Shown here: positions 1-7,674 of the stretch, piece after piece | Numbering within the stretch: the first letter of the stretch is position 1 | How the letters are laid out: each line of letters opens with the position of its first letter | NCBI GenBank assembly: GCA_964510165.1 | Contig: CAZEBC010000017.1 | Span: 8,180 to 25,376 of the forward strand | Origin: an uncultured bacterium | GTDB taxonomy: Bacteria > Abyssobacteria > SURF-5 | Direction of reading: 5' to 3' | DNA length: 17,197 nucleotides | The notes under the pieces: model-generated | Seen by the model: the letters and a program-made list of their open reading frames with translations, nothing else | Told to the model about the DNA's origin: nothing | Databases searched by the model: none | Translations under genes and position numbers: made by a program

Positions 1-1803
1 GGCTCGACTGTAGCCACGAACGCGCTGCTCGAACGAAAGGGCGCGCGCGTTGCCCTCGTCACGACCGCCGGATTTGAGGACGTTCTGGAAATCGGCCGCC
101 AGAACAGGCCCTCGCTCTATGATCTGGGTGTGGAAAAGCCGCCGCCTCTGGTTCGCCGCGAGGACATTTTCGGCGTTCGCGAGAGGACGCTGTTCGATGG
201 GACGGTCCTGCTCGAAGCGGATGGGGCGGAAATCGAGCGCATCGCCGATGAGATAGCAAAGCGCGGGTTTGACGCGGTGGCGGTCTGTCTTCTACACTCC
301 TACGCGAATCCCTTAAACGAACATTTGGTTATGAAATTCCTTGAGAACACCAAACTCCCCATCTGCGCATCACACCAAGTCTTGCCCGAATACCGCGAGT
401 ACGAACGGTTTAGCACCACGACGGTCAACGCTTTCGTCTTGCCAGTCATGAGCGCGTATCTCGGCTCAATCGAGGACGGGCTGCACGGCGCGACCCGGCT
501 CAGGATCATGCAATCAAACGGTGGTTCAATTTCCGCCTTGCGTGCGCGAACCGAGGCGGTGCAGACCATCCTGTCCGGCCCGGCGGGGGGTGTGGTCGGC
601 GCGTTCGAGGCGGCCCGGCACGCCGGGTTCGATAGAGTCATAACCTTCGACATGGGTGGCACTTCCACTGATGTAAGCCTTTGTGACGGGGCGATCTCGA
701 TGCGGATGCGCTCCAGCATTGCCGGTCTTCCGATTGGTATTCCCGTGGTGGATATCCACACTGTGGGGGCAGGGGGAGGCTCAATTGCCTGGCTTGATCC
801 TGCCGGGTCGCTGCATGTGGGGCCACAGAGTGCGGGCGCTCAGCCCGGCCCTGTGTGTTACGGGAAGGGGAGTGACCTTACCGTTACGGACGCCAACCTG
901 TGTCTTGGTCGCATGTTTGCCGAGCGATTCCTGGGCGGCGCGATGCAGCTTGATTTTGACAGGGCTTGTGAGCAGATGCTAAGATTCGGCAACGAGATGG
1001 GGAAATCGCCGGATGAGGCCGCCGAGGGCATTCTGAGGGTTGCGAACACGACAATGGAACGCGCCATCCGAGTGATCTCGGTTGAGCGAGGGCATGACCC
1101 GCGCGGCTTCTCGCTGGTTGCTTTTGGAGGGGCCGGTCCCATGCACGCGTGCGACCTCGCACGCTCGCTGGCGATCCCGCAGGTGATTGTCCCATTGAAT
1201 CCCGGCGTGCTTTCCGCCCTTGGCTTGCTGATGGCTGACGTTACGAAGGACTTCTCGCAGACGGTTCTCCTGAGGACGAACACCTTGTCGAGAGAGACGC
1301 TGGAATCTCTCTTTGCGCCGCTCGAGGAGCGGGCCCGGAGCGTACTTATTGAGGAGGGATTTGCGCCCGATCGGATGATCCTTTCCCGGTTTCTCGACCT
1401 CCGATATGTGGGCCAATCCTATGAGGTCACGATTCCGGATATGCCGGAGTTCTTGCCCGGATTCCATTCCGAGCATCATCGCCTGTATGGACACTCGAAT
1501 CCCGCGCGGCCCGTCGAACTGGTGAATATCCGGCTTGTCGCCAAAGGAATGGTCGAAAGGCCGAACTTTTCAACCGTTAGAGAGACTCCTTCAGACCCTG
1601 AACACGCAATAATCGCCTTCTCGGAAACCGTTTTCAATGGAACGAGGCGCCGCACGCCCGTTTATGAAAGGGAACGGTTGGGACGGGGCAGCCGGTTCGC
1701 AGGTCCCGCGGTGATCGTTGAGTTGAGCGCCACCACGGTCGTGACACCCGACTTCGAGGCCGAGGTCGACCGCTTCGGCAATATCCTGATGAATGCGGTA
1801 TAA
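1..1803 (+). CDS. Hydantoinase A / ATP-dependent 5-oxoprolinase-type alpha subunit (5'-partial, begins upstream of the window)
   Basis: Frame 1 is open from base 1 (GSTVATNALLERKGARVALVTTAGFEDVLEIGRQ), so the GTG at 130 is internal. Family motifs: REYERFSTT, ILSGPAGGVVG, FDMGGTSTDV, VGAGGGSIA, GPQSAGAQPGP, TVTDAN, FGGAGPMH, RYVGQSYE. Stop TAA at 1801-1803. Confidence 0.95.
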   Translation, partial: GSTVATNALLERKGARVALVTTAGFEDVLEIGRQNRPSLYDLGVEKPPPLVRREDIFGVRERTLFDGTVLLEADGAEIERIADEIAKRGFDAVAVCLLHSYANPLNEHLVMKFLENTKLPICASHQVLPEYREYERFSTTTVNAFVLPVMSAYLGSIEDGLHGATRLRIMQSNGGSISALRARTEAVQTILSGPAGGVVGAFEAARHAGFDRVITFDMGGTSTDVSLCDGAISMRMRSSIAGLPIGIPVVDIHTVGAGGGSIAWLDPAGSLHVGPQSAGAQPGPVCYGKGSDLTVTDANLCLGRMFAERFLGGAMQLDFDRACEQMLRFGNEMGKSPDEAAEGILRVANTTMERAIRVISVERGHDPRGFSLVAFGGAGPMHACDLARSLAIPQVIVPLNPGVLSALGLLMADVTKDFSQTVLLRTNTLSRETLESLFAPLEERARSVLIEEGFAPDRMILSRFLDLRYVGQSYEVTIPDMPEFLPGFHSEHHRLYGHSNPARPVELVNIRLVAKGMVERPNFSTVRETPSDPEHAIIAFSETVFNGTRRRTPVYERERLGRGSRFAGPAVIVELSATTVVTPDFEAEVDRFGNILMNAV

Positions 1804-1869
1804 TCGGAGAGGATTCAGTCGGGGACACGAAGAGGCATCAGGGCCCCGATTAAATCAAGAGGTGCATGC

Positions 1870-2415
1870 ATGACCAGAGAAGAAGCGTTGCAGCTTGTCA
1901 AGGAACACGTAAAGACCAAGAACTTGCGCAAACACATGCTCGCCGTTGAGGCGTGCATGGCCGCGCTTGCCGAGCGTCTTGGCGGAGACCCCGAGGCATG
2001 GGCGTTGGCGGGATTGCTGCACGATTTGGATTACGATCAGACAGTCAACGATTTTCAGAAGCACGGGTTCGTCACCGAGAGCGTCCTGCAGTGCAGGGGA
2101 TTGCCGCCCGAAATAATCCAGGCGATAAAGGCGCACACCGGGCATGTCCCGATTGAGGGCGCCATGGACCTTGCGCTCTATGCGGTCGATCCGTTAACGG
2201 GCCTGATAGTTGCCGCCGCGTTAATGCATCCGACGAAGAAACTCGCAAACGTGGACGTTCAGTTTGTCATGAACCGGTTCAAGGAGAAACGGTTTGCCGC
2301 GGGCGCCGACCGCGACCAGATTCGACGGTGTGAGGAACTCGGGCTCCCGCTCGAGGAGTTCGTCGGCATCTGTCTCTGCGGAATGCAGAAAGTGGCAGCC
2401 GACCTGGGGCTTTAG
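1870..2415 (+). CDS. HD/HDIG-domain metal-dependent phosphohydrolase (COG2316-like)
   Basis: 181 aa; motifs LRKHMLAVEACM, GLLHDLDY, AIKAH, YAVDPLTGLIVA, FAAGADRDQI; RBS AGAGGTG at 1858-1864. Confidence 0.9.
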   Translation: MTREEALQLVKEHVKTKNLRKHMLAVEACMAALAERLGGDPEAWALAGLLHDLDYDQTVNDFQKHGFVTESVLQCRGLPPEIIQAIKAHTGHVPIEGAMDLALYAVDPLTGLIVAAALMHPTKKLANVDVQFVMNRFKEKRFAAGADRDQIRRCEELGLPLEEFVGICLCGMQKVAADLGL

Positions 2416-2434
2416 GGTTATATTGGGCTGACAA

Positions 2435-4000
2435 TTGAAACACGCCGATCCCATAAAGCTGGAGATTTTCAAGAACCTGTTCGGCTCGGTCGCCGATGAG
2501 ATGGGTGTCGTGCTCCAGCGGACCGGATTCTCACCCAACATCAAGGAGCGGCTCGATTTCTCGTGCGCCGTGTTCGATGGCGCCGGTCAGATGGTCGCCC
2601 AAGCCGCTCACATCCCCGTCCACCTTGGCTCGATGCCGCTCTCGGTGAAAAGCGCGATCGAAAGCGTTGCGATGCGCCCGGGCGACGTGGTCTTTCTGAA
2701 CGACCCGTTCCGGGGCGGCACTCATCTTCCTGATGTTACGATGGTTGCGCCGGTCTTCCTCGGGGAGGACCGTCCGAGCTTCTACGTTGCGAATCGGGCG
2801 CACCATGCGGATGTCGGCGGCTCCGCTCCCAGTTCGATGCCGCTCTCGACCTCAATATTCCAGGAGGGCGTCATAATTCCTCCGGTCAAACTCGTCACGG
2901 AAGGCGAACTGAATCGGGATGTGCTCTCGCTGTTTCTCGCGAACGTGAGGACCCCCGAGGAGCGCGAGGGCGACATCTCGGCGCAGCTTGCGGCATGTGC
3001 GACCGGCGCCCGGCGACTGACCGAGATGCGCTCGCGCTACGGGCTTGATGAGATGACGTTCCATGCGGCGGCGCTCTTGGATTATTCCGAGACCCTCATG
3101 CGCCTATGCATATCCGGCATTCCAGAAGGCACATACACCTTTCAAGATTTCATGGACGATGACGGCGCGGGCGCTGAACGAATTCCCATCCGGGCCGCAA
3201 TCACGATACTCGCCGACCGCGCCGTCGTCGATTTCTCCGGCACAGCCGCGCAGGTAAAGGGCTGCATCAATGCGGTTTTCGCCATCACGCTTTCATGCGT
3301 CTTCTACGTGTTTCGCTGTCTTGCCGGAGAGGAGATGCCTTCCAACGCCGGCTGCATGAGGCCGATTGAGGTCTTTGCGCCGCCCGGTTCTCTCGTAAAT
3401 GCGAAGTGGCCCGCGGCGGTGGCTGGCGGCAATGTGGAGACCTCCCAGCGCATCGTTGATGTCCTCTTTGGCGCGCTCGCCAAGGCGCTGCCCCAGAGAA
3501 TACCCGCTGCCAGTTGCGGAAGCATGAACAATGTGTCGGTAGGAGGATATGATTGCGCGCGCAATCGGCCGTTTGCATATTACGAGACGCTTGCCGGAGG
3601 GATGGGCGCACGTCCCGACAAGGACGGACTCGACGCGGTGCATACGCATATGACCAATACCATGAACACGCCGATTGAGGTCATGGAAAGTACCTATCCG
3701 CTGCGGGTTTTGTGTTACAATATCAGACGGGGTTCCGGAGGGAGCGGAATGCGCCGTGGCGGCAACGGTCTGGTGCGTGAATACGGGGCGTTGTGCGACG
3801 CCAGTGTATCGATCCTTTCGGAGAGAAGACTGTGTGCGCCCTATGGGCTTGCAGGCGGCTCAGAGGGGGCTGTGGGCGAAAACGGTATGTTCAAAGAAGG
3901 CGTGTGGACTACTTTGCCGCCAAAGATCAATCTTGAGCTGAGAGCGGGCGACCGTTTGCGCATTCTGACACCCGGCGGAGGCGGATATGGGCAAGAATAA
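2435..4000 (+). CDS. Hydantoinase B / oxoprolinase-type beta subunit
   Basis: 521 aa with TTG start; motifs DPIKLEIF, SPNIKERLDFS, HIPVHLGSM, NDPFRGGTHLPD, RAHHADVGG, GGNVETSQR, NTPIEVME, C-terminal TPGGGGYG. Confidence 0.95.
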   Translation: MKHADPIKLEIFKNLFGSVADEMGVVLQRTGFSPNIKERLDFSCAVFDGAGQMVAQAAHIPVHLGSMPLSVKSAIESVAMRPGDVVFLNDPFRGGTHLPDVTMVAPVFLGEDRPSFYVANRAHHADVGGSAPSSMPLSTSIFQEGVIIPPVKLVTEGELNRDVLSLFLANVRTPEEREGDISAQLAACATGARRLTEMRSRYGLDEMTFHAAALLDYSETLMRLCISGIPEGTYTFQDFMDDDGAGAERIPIRAAITILADRAVVDFSGTAAQVKGCINAVFAITLSCVFYVFRCLAGEEMPSNAGCMRPIEVFAPPGSLVNAKWPAAVAGGNVETSQRIVDVLFGALAKALPQRIPAASCGSMNNVSVGGYDCARNRPFAYYETLAGGMGARPDKDGLDAVHTHMTNTMNTPIEVMESTYPLRVLCYNIRRGSGGSGMRRGGNGLVREYGALCDASVSILSERRLCAPYGLAGGSEGAVGENGMFKEGVWTTLPPKINLELRAGDRLRILTPGGGGYGQE

Positions 4001-6458
4001 CAGAAGATTGCCGGTCCGGCGGTTGGCCATATGTATCGCGTTGTCTTGTGTGTGCGCGGCATGGCGTGGAGCCGAGGCCGCTAACGGCAATCGCACTTTC
4101 ATCTTTGTGGTCGATTCCTCCGAGGCGATCAGGCCTTACCTGCCGACGGTCACAGACATGATTTCGTCATATGCGGAACAGGCCAAGCGCGGGGATTACA
4201 TCGCTGTCATTACGTGCTCTAACGCGGCCAAGCTTCTGACGACCAAGAAGATAGCGACTCAGAACGATTGGAAGCCGATACACACCATGCTGCATGCAAT
4301 CAATCCGTCCGGCGACGCGGCGGAAATCGGCTGGGGGGTGTCACGCGCGCTGGAGGAAGTCAGCACGCTCGAGCGCAGGGGCGACAAGAACGTAAAGGGG
4401 ATCATAGTCATTTCAGCATCCGTATCTCCCGAAACCGGGCGTTCGCGTGAGGAACTGGCCAACGCGTCGCAAGGGATGGCCGCCTCGATCGACGAGGACG
4501 AGTGGTATATCCAGTATTGCTATCTCGGCGGTGTTCGCGATCCGGATGTTGACTCTTTCGTGTCGGCAAATGGGGGCTTCTCGTATGATGTCGACCAGTT
4601 GCGGTCTCAGCACGGGTTTGAAATCATCGAGGAACTCTACAGAATAACCTCCGTCCCCGAGGAATTTTGCCCGATGCAAATACTGGATTCGACAGGCCAG
4701 ATTCTGGAAAAGAACTCTCCGGATGCTAAATGGGCTCCTGTCGATGTCGGATACGTGGCGCCGGAACGAGCGAGACTCCGGGTCCCGAGCGATTCCCACG
4801 CCATAGTCGGGGTGCGAGGGTATGGAAAACTTGGGCTGGCGCCGGAAGCCGACGTGACGTTGCTCAGCGCGCGAAGGGACCCGTGGACAGGCGCTGCTGT
4901 CATTCACATTGCCTTAGAAGACGGCTCGGTGTGGTCGAGTTTCGAGACGAATCGCCATACTACCCTCCGAGTAAGCTCGGCGGCCGCCATGGTCGATGTG
5001 GTGGGAAATGCGACCGTCGTTATGCGCTCGGGTAGGGATGCCGACCTCGGCCTCGTTTCCTTCGCCGATTCGACTTCCGTTTCGGTCAAGGGCGCACCCG
5101 GCGAACCGCTTGCGCTGGGACGGAACCAGACGACAAAGGTGACGGCCGCGGTAGCCCCGCTGCCCCCACAGCCGGCCGACGCCACGGTTCTGGAACAATG
5201 GAAACGCTGGGAACAAGCGCTGAGAAGAAATGTGAGGCTTGCAGGTCTGAGATTCGACGTGCCCGAAGTGCGTCTTGCGGTAGATGTCTTGCACCTCGGA
5301 CCGATAAAATCGGGGGACGTGCTGAGCAAGGCGTTTCCACTCAAGATCGAAGGCGTCGAACAACTTTCCGACCTCAGGATGGATGTCACCGTGTCGCTGG
5401 ATCTGCCCGAAGGCCTGTTTATCTCCACGGGCGTTGCCGACGGGGAGAAACCGGGCACAAAGGCTCTCATGGTGAAACTTGACGGCAGCGGAAAGTTTCG
5501 CGCAACCAGGGCGAGCACTCACAAGGGAATCCTTCAGATCGCCCCCGCCGCAAATTCGAAGGTGGTCTTTCCAAGGATATCGGCGCCTCTGGTGGTAACC
5601 ACGAAGAGCGCTATTTTCTCATCGCCCGTCGTGATTGGAACGGCTTTAATCGTAGTTCTAGGCGCGGCGGCTCTCGGAGCAACTTTTGCGTTTCGAACTA
5701 GGAAGTCCGTGCAGGCCCGGCCTCACCGGGTGATGGGCAGACTCATCGTGATCAGCGAGCCGTCGCGAAGCCGCATCGGCTCGATTAATCTGGAGGACAT
5801 CAGCACCAAGTCGAGCCGGCTATCCCTCGTGATCGGAAGAAGCAAGACAGTGGAGGTGAGGCTCAAGCATACGTCGGTAGAGAATGAGCACTGTGCCATT
5901 GAGGCGCACCTCGTGGACGGCAGGTTGATTACCTACATCGAGCCTATCGGCTCCGCCAAGGTGCTGGTAAATGACAAGCCCATATCCTCTCGCGTCCAGA
6001 TAAGCGACGGCGCAAAGATCCAGGTCGGCGAATTCACGTACCAGTTCGAAGACACACAGCTCTACAAGAAGGTGCACGCCGTTTACAGGAATGGGCGCAG
6101 CATTACGGGCGTCCTCGACGCGTCGGGGATGGAACCCGACAGCTTCAAGATAAGCCCGATGGACGCAGTGTCGCCCAGCGAGCGAGCGCGCATAAAGTTT
6201 TCCGACATCAGCTACGTCACGTTCTATCGGCGCGCCGCCGATATCCTATCGGGAACGCCTCGGCCCGCTCAGAAAACGCAGGGAATGAAGCGAGTCGAGC
6301 TTATGTTCAAGAAGGGCAATACCATCAGCGGCCATGTCCAAAGGGAATACACCGAGGGACGCAACCGATACATGGAGCTTCTTCCGCTGGACCCGGAGAG
6401 CGACATCGACTACACGATTGTCGAGCATTCGAGCGTGATCGAAAAGAAAACACTGTAA
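3987..6458 (+). CDS. Single-pass membrane protein: signal peptide, vWA-like, FecR-like, Ig-like, TM helix, FHA-like domain and two DUF6982/Sm-like repeats
   Basis: 823 aa; RBS GGAGG at 3977-3981; overlaps the upstream gene by 14 nt. Signal peptide ends AEA; FIFVVDSSEA (vWA beta-A); FecR-like beta-rich stretch (about 4670-5210); TM PVVIGTALIVVLGAAALGATFAF followed by RTRK; FHA-like LVIGRS...SVENEHC...VLVND...DGAKIQVGEF; two repeats KKVHAVYRNGRSITG and KRVELMFKKGNTISG. The ORF is secure; the domain names are by eye. Confidence 0.8.
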   Translation: MGKNNRRLPVRRLAICIALSCVCAAWRGAEAANGNRTFIFVVDSSEAIRPYLPTVTDMISSYAEQAKRGDYIAVITCSNAAKLLTTKKIATQNDWKPIHTMLHAINPSGDAAEIGWGVSRALEEVSTLERRGDKNVKGIIVISASVSPETGRSREELANASQGMAASIDEDEWYIQYCYLGGVRDPDVDSFVSANGGFSYDVDQLRSQHGFEIIEELYRITSVPEEFCPMQILDSTGQILEKNSPDAKWAPVDVGYVAPERARLRVPSDSHAIVGVRGYGKLGLAPEADVTLLSARRDPWTGAAVIHIALEDGSVWSSFETNRHTTLRVSSAAAMVDVVGNATVVMRSGRDADLGLVSFADSTSVSVKGAPGEPLALGRNQTTKVTAAVAPLPPQPADATVLEQWKRWEQALRRNVRLAGLRFDVPEVRLAVDVLHLGPIKSGDVLSKAFPLKIEGVEQLSDLRMDVTVSLDLPEGLFISTGVADGEKPGTKALMVKLDGSGKFRATRASTHKGILQIAPAANSKVVFPRISAPLVVTTKSAIFSSPVVIGTALIVVLGAAALGATFAFRTRKSVQARPHRVMGRLIVISEPSRSRIGSINLEDISTKSSRLSLVIGRSKTVEVRLKHTSVENEHCAIEAHLVDGRLITYIEPIGSAKVLVNDKPISSRVQISDGAKIQVGEFTYQFEDTQLYKKVHAVYRNGRSITGVLDASGMEPDSFKISPMDAVSPSERARIKFSDISYVTFYRRAADILSGTPRPAQKTQGMKRVELMFKKGNTISGHVQREYTEGRNRYMELLPLDPESDIDYTIVEHSSVIEKKTL

Positions 6459-6557
6459 GACTGTCCCTGCAATTGTAGGGGCGCCCCTATGTGGGCCTCC
6501 GCACGGGCCGCCACGCAGGGCCGCCCCTACGACACAAGACCGAATTACGGGACAGTC
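6459..6557. repeat. Nested inverted-repeat element: inverted GTAG-REP doublet (6475-6530) inside an outer inverted repeat
   Basis: GTAG-GGGCGCCC-CTATGT-GGGCCTCC (6475-6500, +), spacer GCAC, then GTAG-GGGCGGCC-CTGCGT-GGCGGCCC (6505-6530, -). Outer arms GACTGTCCC (6459-6467) and GGGACAGTC (6549-6557) extend imperfectly inward to AATT. Confidence 0.85.
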
Positions 6558-6580
6558 CTCGTTGTGAGGAAAGAGATCGA

Positions 6581-7549
6581 GTGGGCAAACTGAAATATGG
6601 AGTCATCGGATGTGCCGGCCGTATGGGGATGGCGCATCTGCTGTTCCTGAATAACGTGGTCGCCGACCGGGTCGAGGTGGCGGCCCTGTGCGACCTGGAT
6701 GTGAATCAGGCGCGAGTCTGTTCCGAGCTGTTTCCAAACAAGGTCCATGTTTTCGACGATCACCGCAAGCTCCTGGAGATGGACCTGGACGCCGTGGTCG
6801 TCTCCACTCCGAACCACACGCACAAGGAAATTGTTCTCGACGCCTTCGCCTCCGGCAAACATGTCTTCTGTGAGAAACCACTTGCCAACACCCTTAAGGA
6901 CTGCGACGAAATCATCACAGCGGCCGAGCAAAGCGGCAGATACCTGCAAGTAGGGCTGGTGTACAGATATTCCTCATTATACCGGACGATGAATGACCTT
7001 GTGCGGAAAGGGGAAATCGGCCCTGTGCACCTTATGTGGTGCAAGGAACTGCTCGGGTCGTTCTACGGCCAATGGCGCTTCAAAGAGGCTTTCTGCGGGG
7101 GCGCGATCGTCGAGAAGAACTGCCACCATTTCGATATCTTCAACTGGATGATAGGGTCGCGCCCGAAGAAAGTCTGCGCTTTCGGCGGACAGAACGTGAT
7201 GAAGCGCGGCGCCACCGTCGAGGTCCATATGATGGATTCCGACGAAACGAACATCGTCAAGGACAGCGAGGTGATAGACAACGCGCTGGTGATGGTCGAG
7301 TATGAAAATGGTGCGCGTGCGCAGCTCACGCTGTGCTTCTTCTCGCCTTTCGGTAACGACCTCGAAATCGGGGCGGTCGGCGAGACGGGTAAGCTCGAAA
7401 GCTGGGTGAAGGCCCATCGCATCCATCTCTGGAAAAACTCCGACCGTGGCCGGATGCAGGTGATCGAGCCGGCCAGGACGTCCAGCAGTACGGCGTATTT
7501 CACACCGGAGCGTACGCGCAACATATCGAATTCGCGAACTGCATATTGA
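6581..7549 (+). CDS. Gfo/Idh/MocA family NAD(P)-dependent oxidoreductase; C-terminus disrupted by a frameshift near 7470
   Basis: Probable GTG start at 6581 after GAGGAAAGAG; GVIGCAGRMG (Rossmann), STPNHTH, HVFCEKPLA, GGAIVEKNCHHFD, DNALVMVEYENG. The last ~25 residues in this frame (ARTSSSTAY...) do not resemble the family. Confidence 0.9.
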   Translation: MGKLKYGVIGCAGRMGMAHLLFLNNVVADRVEVAALCDLDVNQARVCSELFPNKVHVFDDHRKLLEMDLDAVVVSTPNHTHKEIVLDAFASGKHVFCEKPLANTLKDCDEIITAAEQSGRYLQVGLVYRYSSLYRTMNDLVRKGEIGPVHLMWCKELLGSFYGQWRFKEAFCGGAIVEKNCHHFDIFNWMIGSRPKKVCAFGGQNVMKRGATVEVHMMDSDETNIVKDSEVIDNALVMVEYENGARAQLTLCFFSPFGNDLEIGAVGETGKLESWVKAHRIHLWKNSDRGRMQVIEPARTSSSTAYFTPERTRNISNSRTAY

Positions 7550-7674
7550 ACGGGTCTCCCCCTTTTTGCGATGGACGCGTAGGCAAGGAGAGCATCATTA
7601 TCGCGCTTGCAGCCGAGAAGTCCATCAAGGAGGATCGGACCGTTTATATCGAGGAACTCGAGCAAAATGGATGA
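7471..7674 (+). pseudogene. Out-of-frame (-1) C-terminal segment of the Gfo/Idh/MocA oxidoreductase
   Basis: Frame 1 reads GQDVQQYGVFHTGAYAQHIEFANCILNGSPPFCDGRVGKESIIIALAAEKSIKEDRTVYIEELEQNG*, a typical C-terminal region for this family. Its TGA (7672-7674) overlaps the galK start region by 8 nt. Confidence 0.85.

Noticed and set aside
1801-1852. TAATCGG...CCGATTA inverted repeat between the alpha subunit and HD genes
   Set aside because: Only 7 bp with a long unpaired interior and no U-tract; not distinguishable from chance.
6475-6530. Possible CRISPR repeat or tRNA-like structure
   Set aside because: The copies are inverted and dispersed rather than direct repeats with regular spacers; no cas genes; no tRNA cloverleaf or T-loop motif.
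6491-6580. Upstream GTG start for the first oxidoreductase (likewise GTG 11994 for DUF3786 and ATG 13610 for aroK)
   Set aside because: These starts lie inside REP-like hairpins; better starts with RBS-like sequences exist downstream.
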